DNA of 64,000 nucleotides from a bacterium (lineage in GTDB: Bacteria > Hinthialibacterota > Hinthialibacteria > Hinthialibacterales > Hinthialibacteraceae): positions 96,001-160,000 of the forward strand of contig CAXXMV010000001.1 in NCBI GenBank assembly GCA_963662285.2, written 5' to 3'. Of the stretch, positions 18,594 through 28,522 are shown one piece after another (the first letter of the stretch is position 1; every line of letters starts with the position of its first letter). Below the pieces are notes generated by a model. It worked only from the letters and a program-made list of their open reading frames with translations, was not told the DNA's origin and did no database searches. Position numbers and translations under genes: made by a program.

Positions 18594-19835
18594 ATGCGAA
18601 AAACTCATGTCTTACCAGATTTCATTTATTCAAAGGATTCATGTAAATTAGAGATGTACGGCAAAATAATGATAATTAACCTGTTTATTTGTATTGGGTT
18701 ATCTGCTTCAGCCGAACCGTTTCTTGCTGGAGAACTGATCTTCCCTACCCAGGAGAAGCATGTGCATTCCAGTTGCATTGTTGAGTGTCCCAATGGCGAC
18801 ATAATGGCCTGTTGGTTTTATGGAACAGGCGAAAGAAGATCATCAGACGTAGTAATTCAAGGCGCTCGATTAAAAAAAGGTTCCAAAAAATGGAGTCCTG
18901 TTTTTCAAATGGCGGATACTCCCGACATCCCGGACTGTAATCCGGTTCTTTTTGTTGATAAAAAGGATGAATTATGGCTGTTGTGGATCGCAGTTTTAGC
19001 CACTCGATGGGAAGACTCTATCCTCAAATACCGCAAATCCAATGATTACTACAGTAAGGGAGCGCCCAAGTGGTACTGGCAGGATGATATTATCTTGAAG
19101 CCGGGGGAACAATTCGCCAAAGATATGGAAAAAGGCTTTGAAGATATGAACTATCCCGAAATTGATTTCGGTAGTTATGCGCCGCATCCTTTGGAAGCGC
19201 TGGTGGAAGCGGCCAAAAACAGCAGTTACCGTCAACGAGGGTGGATGACCCGTACTCATCTGAATGTTCTTCCCGATGGCCGTATTCTTATTCCTCTCTA
19301 TTCTGATGGATTCTATGTCTGCCTGATGGCAATATCCGATAATGATGGCGAGACATGGAGAGCAAGTTCTCCAATAGTGGGAGTTGGATTAAATCAACCC
19401 AGCGTGGTTAGAAAGCAAGATGGTACGTTGGTGGCCTACATGCGTGATGAAGGTCCGGCGCCGAAGCGTATACAGGTCAGCGAATCTAAAGACAACGGTG
19501 AAACATGGTCTCTGGCGCGTGAAAGCGACATCCAAAATCCTGATGCCAGCATAGAAGCGATTGCGTTGCAAGATTCCCGCTGGGTTATGGCTTTTAATGA
19601 TCAAGAGGATGGCCGCGACCGACTGGCCCTGGCTATGTCGGATGATGAAGGCGAAACCTGGAAGTGGAAACGCCATATAGAAATGAAAAGCGGCTGCGCT
19701 TACCATTATCCATCAATCATACAAACCAGAGATGGATTAATTCATGTAAGCTATACCTATGATGTCGGCGGCAAAGCAGGCCGTTCTATCAAACATGTCG
19801 TCCTAAACGCTGATTGGATTCTGGAAGGCGACTGA
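18594..19835 (+). CDS. BNR-repeat exo-alpha-sialidase-like protein
   Basis: Asp boxes SDNDGETW, SKDNGETW, SDDEGETW; YHYPSIIQ; signal-like segment. Confidence 0.88.
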   Translation: MRKTHVLPDFIYSKDSCKLEMYGKIMIINLFICIGLSASAEPFLAGELIFPTQEKHVHSSCIVECPNGDIMACWFYGTGERRSSDVVIQGARLKKGSKKWSPVFQMADTPDIPDCNPVLFVDKKDELWLLWIAVLATRWEDSILKYRKSNDYYSKGAPKWYWQDDIILKPGEQFAKDMEKGFEDMNYPEIDFGSYAPHPLEALVEAAKNSSYRQRGWMTRTHLNVLPDGRILIPLYSDGFYVCLMAISDNDGETWRASSPIVGVGLNQPSVVRKQDGTLVAYMRDEGPAPKRIQVSESKDNGETWSLARESDIQNPDASIEAIALQDSRWVMAFNDQEDGRDRLALAMSDDEGETWKWKRHIEMKSGCAYHYPSIIQTRDGLIHVSYTYDVGGKAGRSIKHVVLNADWILEGD

Positions 19836-19857
19836 AGTGGTTACTGCAAATAATCAA

Positions 19858-19893
19858 TGTTCAAAGTCCCTGGAATAAAAGGGACTTTGAACA
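19858..19893. terminator. bidirectional terminator-like hairpin
   Basis: Perfect 14-bp stem TGTTCAAAGTCCCT/AGGGACTTTGAACA between convergent genes. Confidence 0.7.
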
Positions 19894-19914
19894 ATATCTC
19901 ATGATGTCAATATT

Positions 19915-20511
19915 CTATAATCCTACTAAAGCATCATCGCATGGATAAGACGATCTGGCGCCGAGTCTGATTAAATCACCCATACTGCTTAAACCATTGG
20001 AAACTTGATAGGTAACAGTGTTGCCCCATGTATTAGTGTAATCAGGACCAGCGCTGGTAACTTTATAGTCGCAGCAACGCGCCTGTGGAGGTAAAACAGT
20101 CAATTTACCAAAATTAATCCGGCTCCAGCCATCGGTATAGTCATAAGTTATATATGCGGCATCCTGCTCATCGTTCAGGCGTTGTCCGGGAGCGCCATAG
20201 AGAAACGGGTCTTGGGGAACGGTTGGCATATAAGAGACAGGAGTGGTTAAAGGAATAAGCCGTCGGTTAACCGGATTCTTTTGCACCCCGCTTGCATCAA
20301 GCCAAGGAGGGTAAATATTGTTATCGATTTTATAACTCTCAAGAGCAGTAGCGATAGTACGTAATTCGGATTCGGCTTTGGCAATCTTGGAACGAATCAT
20401 GGCATTGATGAAATTCGGTACCGCGATAGCAGCCAATATTCCAATGATTGCGACTACTATCAGCAATTCAATTAAGGTAAACGCTTGCTTCTTTTCAATA
20501 ATAGAAAACAT
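19915..20511 (-). CDS. prepilin-type N-methylation domain protein (GspG-like pseudopilin)
   Basis: AFTLIELLIVVAIIGILAAIAVPNF; LTTPVSY...DPF, SAGPD, Y.VSNGL.S.GD. Confidence 0.9.
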   Translation of the reverse strand: MFSIIEKKQAFTLIELLIVVAIIGILAAIAVPNFINAMIRSKIAKAESELRTIATALESYKIDNNIYPPWLDASGVQKNPVNRRLIPLTTPVSYMPTVPQDPFLYGAPGQRLNDEQDAAYITYDYTDGWSRINFGKLTVLPPQARCCDYKVTSAGPDYTNTWGNTVTYQVSNGLSSMGDLIRLGARSSYPCDDALVGL

Positions 20512-20614
20512 CCGTAACCTCCTGGATAATGTGATTTTTTTATTATCTCACAATAAGATATACTTGGAAACAGGAAATTTTGTTATTGAGCCAACTAAAT
20601 TAATAGTTAAACCG

Positions 20615-21601
20615 TCAACCTTCCACAATCCGATGCTCGATTTTGGCAATATCATTAGTCCCTAATCCAAGTTTCGCCGCTTCGGCGATGTACTTGGCTG
20701 GACGCCCCACTTCAGCAAATGGCAGAAGTTCTTTGGATTCTCGGACGGCCTCTATGCGGGATGTACCGATAGTATCAAGCGCGACGCGGTCAGCGGCGAT
20801 ATAAAGAGAATCATAATTGAATAGGCCTGATGGATTATATCCTGGTCCTTTATCAAAACATCCCTGAAAAGCGTCGAGGATGGTCAAACGATATTTCTGC
20901 TGAACCAAAGGCGTTGCGTTGACCTCTGCAATTTGGGGGCAACAATTGTTTTCATGAAATTTATTGGAACTATTGGTAATGCCATGCGAAATATTTTTCA
21001 TTGAGATCGTTGATCCCGAATGACGGTGATCTTTCAAAATGGGTAGATTAATAAAAGCAGTAATTTGTTGAGCCAGAATTTTGGTAATATTGGCGGATAC
21101 AGAACCGAATTTGTATTCTTTTTCATCCCATCCGATGGAAGGATGGTCGGTTGGATACACGCGGACGCCGGTGTCGCCCATATTCTCATCCATGCCGATG
21201 GAACGAATGCATCTTTGCCGGTCATCCCACACGATGATGTTGTTTTCTTTAACGCCAAACTCCACTAATCGTTTGATGATTGCGAAAACCAATTCTTTCT
21301 TGGTAGATAAATTGGGGCCGCCCAGTCCATTAACTTTTAATCCTACTACATCGTCTTTCTTTATGAATTTGGCCCATTGATCTTTGGTGGATTTCTGGCC
21401 GGTGAATTCCATCATGGCTTTATCCAGCATTTGCTGGACGCCGATGGCATCAGGCCGATTATCTTGTCCTGTGATTCCCGGACGATGAACTTCGACAATC
21501 AGACTTTTGTCTTGAGCGGCGTATGAATTAAGCGCTAAAGCGCCAGCAGCGGCAGGGATGGTTTTGATGAATCCACGGCGGTTAATGGAAGGATGATTCA
21601 T
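20615..21601 (-). CDS. DUF362 domain protein, Tat-exported
   Basis: NRRGFIK Tat motif after ATG at 21601; VGLKVN, INLPILKDH, SMKN, DRVALD. Confidence 0.85.
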   Translation of the reverse strand: MNHPSINRRGFIKTIPAAAGALALNSYAAQDKSLIVEVHRPGITGQDNRPDAIGVQQMLDKAMMEFTGQKSTKDQWAKFIKKDDVVGLKVNGLGGPNLSTKKELVFAIIKRLVEFGVKENNIIVWDDRQRCIRSIGMDENMGDTGVRVYPTDHPSIGWDEKEYKFGSVSANITKILAQQITAFINLPILKDHRHSGSTISMKNISHGITNSSNKFHENNCCPQIAEVNATPLVQQKYRLTILDAFQGCFDKGPGYNPSGLFNYDSLYIAADRVALDTIGTSRIEAVRESKELLPFAEVGRPAKYIAEAAKLGLGTNDIAKIEHRIVEG

Positions 21602-21860
21602 ATCATTTATCCTTTGGGAGAAATAGTAATTGATTGAAAAGATTATATATTCCTTTATCAATCCAACAAGGATATTTTTGAGAAACACTCTAACTGCAAT
21701 ATATAACGCTATTTTTTCATCACAACAAATGTTAGACTTTGACTTATGACAAATGTGCTAATAAACCAATTCCTCAGGAAATTTCTCCTTATGGAATTCA
21801 TGTAAAAATAGTGTAAATTTGTGTGAAACATTGGCAATTAACCATAACAAGGAGTTGAAA

Positions 21861-22463
21861 ATGAAAAGATATAGTTGCAAGGCATTTACCCTTATAGAGT
21901 TATTGATCGTCGTAGCCATTATCGGGATTCTGGCGGCCATTGCCGTACCCAATTTTTTGAATGCCCAGGTTCGGGCTAAAATCGCACGGGTTGATAGCGA
22001 CCTGCGCACCCTGGCGGTAGCCATGGACTCTTACCGTATTGACCGGGGCGCCTATCCACCTGACTGGATTGGCGCTGGAGGCGGCAGCGTTCAAGAAAAA
22101 GGTTTTATCCGGGCGATGTACAATTTAACCACCCCGGTAGCCTATCTTTCCAGCGTTGATCTTTCTGATCCGTTTTACACTGGCGCTGCAAAAAACGTTA
22201 CTTTCAATGGGGGCGGCTATGATCAAGCCACTTACCGCTACTTCTGCTATCGTTATGGTTGGGGAGACGCAGTCAATTATGTCAAAGATGGCTATGCCAT
22301 ACTCTCTTACGGCCCGGATAAAATTGAAAGTTATGGTGAATGGTGCGGCATCCCAAGGGGAAAAGGTTGGGATGGAATTTATAGTTCTTCCAATGGACTT
22401 CGCAGCATGGGCGATATTGTAAGGGCTGGCGGGGCGGTCAACGTAAATGGATGGCAGCAATAA
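21861..22463 (+). CDS. prepilin-type N-methylation domain protein (GspG-like pseudopilin)
   Basis: AFTLIELLIVVAIIGILAAIAVPNF; LTTPVAY...DPF, SYGPD, YSSSNGLRSMGD; RBS AAGGAG. Confidence 0.9.
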   Translation: MKRYSCKAFTLIELLIVVAIIGILAAIAVPNFLNAQVRAKIARVDSDLRTLAVAMDSYRIDRGAYPPDWIGAGGGSVQEKGFIRAMYNLTTPVAYLSSVDLSDPFYTGAAKNVTFNGGGYDQATYRYFCYRYGWGDAVNYVKDGYAILSYGPDKIESYGEWCGIPRGKGWDGIYSSSNGLRSMGDIVRAGGAVNVNGWQQ

Positions 22464-22483
22464 GCAATACACTAGATGTACAA

Positions 22484-22519
22484 GTTCCCTCGCCCACCGG
22501 GAGAGCTAGGGTGAGGGTG
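22484..22519 (-). repeat. REP-like element, second copy
   Basis: Reverse complement CACCCTCACCCTAGCTCTCCCGGTGGGCGAGGGAAC matches 2745-2782. Confidence 0.65.
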
Positions 22520-22588
22520 AATTTAATAATACCTATTCACTACCAACACTAAAAAAACTTATTGTTAAACACGGGGAGGCAAGCAGTC

Positions 22589-25500
22589 ATGCGTAATCTA
22601 TTATTATTTGTACTATCTATTTCATTTATTCTCACTGGATCAATACTGCAGACGGACGCAGCTGACGTGGAGGCGCCGATTCAACTAACCTGCGAATATC
22701 TAAACAATCCTATGGGGATTGATGAGCCTGCACCACGTTTTTCATGGCAAATCAATGACGTCCGACGCGGCGCTGTTCAAAGCGCATATCAGATTGTGGT
22801 CTCTACTAACCGCGGCAAACTGCTTAAAGATCAGGGCGATGTTTGGGATACAGGGAAAGTCCAATCACAACGCAGCATTCTAGTGCCTTATGATGGTATA
22901 ACTCTTCAAAGTAATACCCGGTATTTTTGGAAAGTCCGCACTTGGGACGGCGATGGGAAACCATCCCCTTATAGTAAAATTGCCTTTTGGCAAATGGGTT
23001 TGCTCCAGGAATTTGAATGGCAAGCCAAGTGGATCGGATTCGGAGGACAACTGCCTGATCCCCAACGGCGCCATAATGGGTATCATAGTAAAATCAGTAA
23101 TACGCCCGATACAACCAAATGGGTAGTCGTAGATTTATCCAAAGTCCAACAGTTCAATGCGGTCAGGCTTTATCCCGCGCATCCTTTTAATTTCAAGGAT
23201 ACTCCCGGCTTTCTATATCCGGTTCGGTTTAGAATTGATGTTTCCCGTGAACCCGGCTTTGATTCGTTTGATACAGTAGTTGATAAAACAGGTAGTGATG
23301 TCATCAATCCGGGTGATGCAGCGCAACTTTATCAGTTTGATGCAGTCAGCGCCCGCTACGTGAGGCTCCAGGTTTCCAAACTGGCGCATCGTGAAAAGCA
23401 GGAGTATGGCTTCGCCTTAGCGGAGATGCAGGTTCTGAACCAGGATGATAATCTGGCGCAAGGCAAGATCGTAACAGGTCTTGATACTATAGATGATGAT
23501 TCATGGTCTCAGGATCGCTTAACTGATGGCGTGACAATTGCGGTTAATCCCGGTAAAAATTGGAGTCCCCATCCATCACCCATGTTGCGCAAGGATTTTA
23601 ACCTGCCTGCTCCCATTAAACGCGCCGCTCTTTCTGCGACTGCGCTGGGGCTTTATGAAATATTCATTAACGGCCAACGCATCAGCGATAATCTCCTAGC
23701 GCCTGAATGGACCGATTATAATACCCGCATTCAATACCAAACCTATGACGTCACCGCCCAACTCAACCAGGGGCAGAACGCCATTGGCGCCATGCTGGGC
23801 GATGGTTGGTACGCAGGCCGCATTGGTCTGATCGGGTTACGCGTTTACGGCGACCAACTGGCTCTGTTGGCTCAACTGGATGTTACCTGCACCGATGGCA
23901 GCCGCCATCTGATCACGACGGATTCAAGTTGGCGCGGGACATTGGAAGGTCCAATCCGCGGCGCCGATATCATTCATGGTGAGATGCATGACGCCCGGCG
24001 GGTGATTCCTGATTGGAACAAGCCTTCTTTTGATGACGCCGATTGGGGTGCGGTGAATATCCTGCCTAAACCACAGGCCAAGTTAGTTCCGCAGATTAAT
24101 CAACCAATTCAAATCACCCAAAAGATAAAACCACTCAAAGTTACCGAACCCAAACCGGATGTATTTGTATACGATCTTGGTCAGAACATGGTTGGTTGGT
24201 GCCGTCTTATTCTACAGGGCGAGGCGGGAACGAAAGTAACCTTGCGCTATGCGGAAATGCTTGATCCCAATGGCGCGGCGTATATGGATAATATGCGCGG
24301 CCCGTTTCAAATCGATGAGTTCATTCTGGATGGTTCCAACGACTGCGTCTTTGAACCGTGTTTTACTTATCATGGCTTCCGCTATTTAGAGGTGACTGGT
24401 CTGACTGAAGCGCTTCCTCTGGAGAATATCACCGGGATGGTTTTTCATTCCGCTTCCCCGATGGTCAGTTCGTTTGAATGCTCCAGCCCCATGTTGAATC
24501 GGTTGATGAAGAACATTCTATGGACTCAACGCGGCAACATGCACAGCACGCCGACCGATTGTCCCCAACGCGATGAACGTCTGGGTTGGATGGGCGACGC
24601 CCAAATCTTTTCTCAGGCTGCCTGTTTCAATATGAACATGGCCGCTTTCCATAACAAGTGGCTTCAGGATGTACGCGACGCCCAGACCGATAAAGGGCAG
24701 TATTCCGATTTTTCTCCCAATCCAGTCATGGATAAAGAGCAGTTTGTCGCGGCGCCCGCCTGGGCTGATGCGGGAGTGATCATCCCCTGGCGCATGTACG
24801 TCAATTATGGTGATAAGCGAATCATCGCGCGTCATTATGCATCCATGAAGCGATGGGTGGATTATGTGCAGAAAAACTCGGTGGATTACATCTGGACGGA
24901 GGGGCGCGGCAACGATTACGGCGATTGGCTCAACGCTGATACGTTGATTCTAGAGAACTGGCCTAAGGAAGGCGGCGCCATCTCCAAAGAACAGATAGCA
25001 ACCGCATTCGCAGCTCATTCGGTTGATCTCTTATCGCGTATGGCGCAGGTTATCGGCAAAGAGAGCGATGCGCAGAAATACGCTGAGCTGTTTAAGAATA
25101 TCCGTCATGCATTTATTCAGAAATATTTCGAGGCCAATGGACGTAATAAGGAAGATAACCAGACCGCCTACGCCCTGGCTCTGCATTTCAATTTGATACC
25201 CACCGATCAGCGCTCAGAGGCGGTTCAGAGCATCTTGCGTAAAATAAAGGATTACAATGGCCATATCTCCACTGGCATCCAGGCTACCAACCGCATGATG
25301 CTGGAACTGACCAACGAAGGTCAGAACGATGCAGCCTATCAATTACTCAATAACCGCACCATTCCATCTTTGGGTTATATGATTGACAATGGCGCCACCA
25401 CGATCTGGGAGCGTTGGGATGGTTGGGTCGATGGGCGCGGATTCCAAAATACCGGTATGAACTCTTTCAACCATTACGCCTTAGGTGCTGTCTGCGAATG

Positions 25501-25861
25501 GATGTTCAGAAACATAGCGGGCATTAATCCCGATCCATCAGAACCGGGCTATAAACATTTCATAATTCATCCCCGCCCCGGTGGAGGCGTCACCTATGCT
25601 AATACCACCTATAACTCAATACGCGGCCCCATTATCACCAAATGGCGCATAGAAAATAAAACGTTTACGCTGGATGTAACCATTCCAGCCAATACCAGCG
25701 CCGCCATTGTTCTGCCCACTTCAGAAATAAGTCAGGTAACAGAAAACCAAGGTACACTGAAAGACTCTAAATTCATTGAGATTATGAAATCGGGAGATGA
25801 TGGCGTAACGCTGAAGACGTCTTCAGGTCAGTACAAGTTTTTGGTAAAGTTAGAGGATTAA
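22589..25861 (+). CDS. alpha-L-rhamnosidase (GH78) with inserted discoidin/CBM-like domain
   Basis: PRFSW, DLGQNMVG, FTYHGFRY, PTDCPQRDERLGWMGDA, GATTIWERW, MNSFNHYA. Confidence 0.95.
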   Translation: MRNLLLFVLSISFILTGSILQTDAADVEAPIQLTCEYLNNPMGIDEPAPRFSWQINDVRRGAVQSAYQIVVSTNRGKLLKDQGDVWDTGKVQSQRSILVPYDGITLQSNTRYFWKVRTWDGDGKPSPYSKIAFWQMGLLQEFEWQAKWIGFGGQLPDPQRRHNGYHSKISNTPDTTKWVVVDLSKVQQFNAVRLYPAHPFNFKDTPGFLYPVRFRIDVSREPGFDSFDTVVDKTGSDVINPGDAAQLYQFDAVSARYVRLQVSKLAHREKQEYGFALAEMQVLNQDDNLAQGKIVTGLDTIDDDSWSQDRLTDGVTIAVNPGKNWSPHPSPMLRKDFNLPAPIKRAALSATALGLYEIFINGQRISDNLLAPEWTDYNTRIQYQTYDVTAQLNQGQNAIGAMLGDGWYAGRIGLIGLRVYGDQLALLAQLDVTCTDGSRHLITTDSSWRGTLEGPIRGADIIHGEMHDARRVIPDWNKPSFDDADWGAVNILPKPQAKLVPQINQPIQITQKIKPLKVTEPKPDVFVYDLGQNMVGWCRLILQGEAGTKVTLRYAEMLDPNGAAYMDNMRGPFQIDEFILDGSNDCVFEPCFTYHGFRYLEVTGLTEALPLENITGMVFHSASPMVSSFECSSPMLNRLMKNILWTQRGNMHSTPTDCPQRDERLGWMGDAQIFSQAACFNMNMAAFHNKWLQDVRDAQTDKGQYSDFSPNPVMDKEQFVAAPAWADAGVIIPWRMYVNYGDKRIIARHYASMKRWVDYVQKNSVDYIWTEGRGNDYGDWLNADTLILENWPKEGGAISKEQIATAFAAHSVDLLSRMAQVIGKESDAQKYAELFKNIRHAFIQKYFEANGRNKEDNQTAYALALHFNLIPTDQRSEAVQSILRKIKDYNGHISTGIQATNRMMLELTNEGQNDAAYQLLNNRTIPSLGYMIDNGATTIWERWDGWVDGRGFQNTGMNSFNHYALGAVCEWMFRNIAGINPDPSEPGYKHFIIHPRPGGGVTYANTTYNSIRGPIITKWRIENKTFTLDVTIPANTSAAIVLPTSEISQVTENQGTLKDSKFIEIMKSGDDGVTLKTSSGQYKFLVKLED

Positions 25862-25933
25862 GGATTTGTATACATGACTCATCTTTTAAGATGATTGAGC
25901 TATATTTATTACAATTCAATGAGGAGAAACAAC

Positions 25934-28522
25934 ATGTTTAAGCGATTATGTCTACTAGCCCTCGCCTTATCATCCATTGTCAGTTTGTCATATAGCGAAA
26001 TACCAACCTATGACAATCAACCCTCATCCGCCTTTCTGCGTAATTGGCTGTTATGCGGTCCTTTCCCTAATCCGGCGGCCGTTTATAGCAAGCGTGAAAA
26101 GCATACGCCCGGGTTTTATTTTGATTATTTGCAGGCGCATGGCGGCGAGACCAATCTCTCGGTTAAAGCGGGGCAGCAGGAACAATTCGGTGATGCTTCG
26201 TTGGAGTGGGTTGAATATCAATCCGAGAATAACTCGATTGATCTGGATAAAGCGGTCTCTATTAAACCTCATGTGCTGGCCTACGCTTACTGTGAAATAG
26301 AATCATCTGTGGAAAAACCCTGCTTCTTAGCTTTGGGCAGCAATGACGGGGCGCGGGTCTGGTTTAATGGCGAGCAGATACTCGACCTGCCGGTGGAGCG
26401 TGGATTACGTAGCGACGACAACATTATCCCTGTCGTCTTAAAAAAAGGCCGCAATTCTGTACTATTGAAGATTGCTGAGACGGAGAATATGTGGGGATTC
26501 TGCTGCCGTATGGTTCCGTTTGATCTGAAGCGTCTCGGTAATGACCAGAGTCTTTTCCGGGTATACACCAATAAAGCTGGTGAAGCCTCACTCTCTTATA
26601 CCGGTTCAAAGTCGTTGATCGGCAAGGTTCTTAAGAAGATTGATTTACAGATATCACCTTCGAGTAACCCCGATGAAGTGATATGGAAAAAACAATGGTC
26701 GAAACAGGATAAGACCGCCCTTGATATTGCTTCTAATGAATATGGCGAATATATATTAGAAATTACCATCACGTTGCTTGATGACAGTCAACAATTAATA
26801 TCCATGCCTTTTTTCGTTGGACAACGGATGGATTATAGCCTCTTCGAAAATAACAAAACCGATTACTCAATCGTCGTTGGAGAAGATGCCTCTGAATCAG
26901 AACAATGGGCTGCTAAAGAGTTGCAGCATTGGCTCGAAGAAGTCAGCGGCGCTGCACTCAGCATCAAGTCTGATAACGAAACGCAGACGCCTAATCAGAT
27001 TATCATCGGCTTAAACCGGCATAGCAGATCATTGCTCGGTAAAGATCAAAGCAAAGAACTCCAGGAACTCGATGAATCTTTCACTTATCGCAATGTCGGG
27101 CCTTCAATTGTGATATGGGGCGGCAAAGCGCGGGGAACCATGTATGGCGTGTTCTCTTTTCTCGAAAACGATCTGGGCTGCCGTTGGTACACTCCTGAGG
27201 TTACTGTTATCCCAAGCAGGGAGCGTTACGCTTTTCATCACTTAAACCATAGCGAAGCGCCCGGCATCCGGGTCAGGAATGATTTCTATTTTGAAGCCTT
27301 CAATCCCATCTGGGCGGCCAGGAACAGAGTTAACGGCGCTATGGGATACCGTGAGCAACCGGGCGGGGTTGAAAGTTATTGGGCGGTGCACACTTTTTAC
27401 CCCATGATGCCGCCATCTGAATTTTTTGAAGATCATCCCGAATATTACAGTTTGATTGATGGTAAAAGGGTGCATAACCGCGCTCAACTATGCCTAACCA
27501 ATCCCGACGTTCTGCGCATCATAACCGAGCGTACGTTGGAAACAATCCGCCAGAATCCTAAAAATCTGATCTATTCAGTTTCGCAGAACGACTGGGCCGG
27601 GCCATGCCAATGCGAGGCCTGTCAGGCTATAGCCAAAAGAGAAGAGAGCGAATCGGGGCCGGTAATCTGGTTCGTCAATCAAGTGGCCGAAGCGGTCGAG
27701 AAAGAGTTTCCCGATAAATTCATCGGTACCCTGGCTTATCAATACACCCGCAAGCCCTGCAAGACCCTGCGTCCCCGTCATAACGTTGTGGTGCGATTTT
27801 GCAGCATCGAATGCTGCTTCGCCCATGATTTCGAGCATTGCCCGGAAAACGTTTCGTTTGTAGAAGATATCGAAGGCTGGTCGGCCATCGCGCCCAAACT
27901 TTATATATGGGATTACGTGGTCAATTTCTCTCATTACGTAATGCCTTATCCCAACTTCAATGTGCTGCAACCCAATATCCAGTTTTTCCGCAAGCACAAT
28001 TCCATCGGAATCATGGAGCAGGCCGCCTATCAAAGCAGAGGAGGCGAATTCTCTGAATTACGGGCTTACCTGATTGCCAAACTTTTATGGAATCCCGATT
28101 GCGACGTCCAAGCAGTTATCAATGATTTCATGTACGGCTACTATGGCCGCAGCGGGCAGTATATCAGAAACTATTTTGATCTGCTGCATGACCAATTGAC
28201 TCCTGACACCCATATCCACCTGGGGCTGCAACCTGATGATCCATTGTTCTCTGAAGAGTTCATCACGCAAGCCGATCTGATTTTCGATCAGGCCGAAATC
28301 GTGGCGGATAATGATGAAATCAAAAAACGGGTAGAGATGACCCGCCTGCCTCTTATGTATCTAAAGTGTAAGCGAGATGCTCAAAAAGCCATCCAGGATG
28401 GAACCTATCAGCGCTTCTCTGAAATCACCGAACGCGAAGCAGTCCATAATTTCGCCGAAGTCGGCGCCAAACACCGTGAAGCCTTTCACGCCGCCATGCG
28501 CAATGAGATGGAGCAGGAATGA
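25934..28522 (+). CDS. DUF4838 domain protein (GH20-like N-domain), secreted
   Basis: RGTMYGVFSFLE..LGCRWY, HTF, QLCLTNP, SQND...CQCEAC, LAYQYT, LYIWDY; RBS GAGGAG. Confidence 0.85.
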   Translation: MFKRLCLLALALSSIVSLSYSEIPTYDNQPSSAFLRNWLLCGPFPNPAAVYSKREKHTPGFYFDYLQAHGGETNLSVKAGQQEQFGDASLEWVEYQSENNSIDLDKAVSIKPHVLAYAYCEIESSVEKPCFLALGSNDGARVWFNGEQILDLPVERGLRSDDNIIPVVLKKGRNSVLLKIAETENMWGFCCRMVPFDLKRLGNDQSLFRVYTNKAGEASLSYTGSKSLIGKVLKKIDLQISPSSNPDEVIWKKQWSKQDKTALDIASNEYGEYILEITITLLDDSQQLISMPFFVGQRMDYSLFENNKTDYSIVVGEDASESEQWAAKELQHWLEEVSGAALSIKSDNETQTPNQIIIGLNRHSRSLLGKDQSKELQELDESFTYRNVGPSIVIWGGKARGTMYGVFSFLENDLGCRWYTPEVTVIPSRERYAFHHLNHSEAPGIRVRNDFYFEAFNPIWAARNRVNGAMGYREQPGGVESYWAVHTFYPMMPPSEFFEDHPEYYSLIDGKRVHNRAQLCLTNPDVLRIITERTLETIRQNPKNLIYSVSQNDWAGPCQCEACQAIAKREESESGPVIWFVNQVAEAVEKEFPDKFIGTLAYQYTRKPCKTLRPRHNVVVRFCSIECCFAHDFEHCPENVSFVEDIEGWSAIAPKLYIWDYVVNFSHYVMPYPNFNVLQPNIQFFRKHNSIGIMEQAAYQSRGGEFSELRAYLIAKLLWNPDCDVQAVINDFMYGYYGRSGQYIRNYFDLLHDQLTPDTHIHLGLQPDDPLFSEEFITQADLIFDQAEIVADNDEIKKRVEMTRLPLMYLKCKRDAQKAIQDGTYQRFSEITEREAVHNFAEVGAKHREAFHAAMRNEMEQE

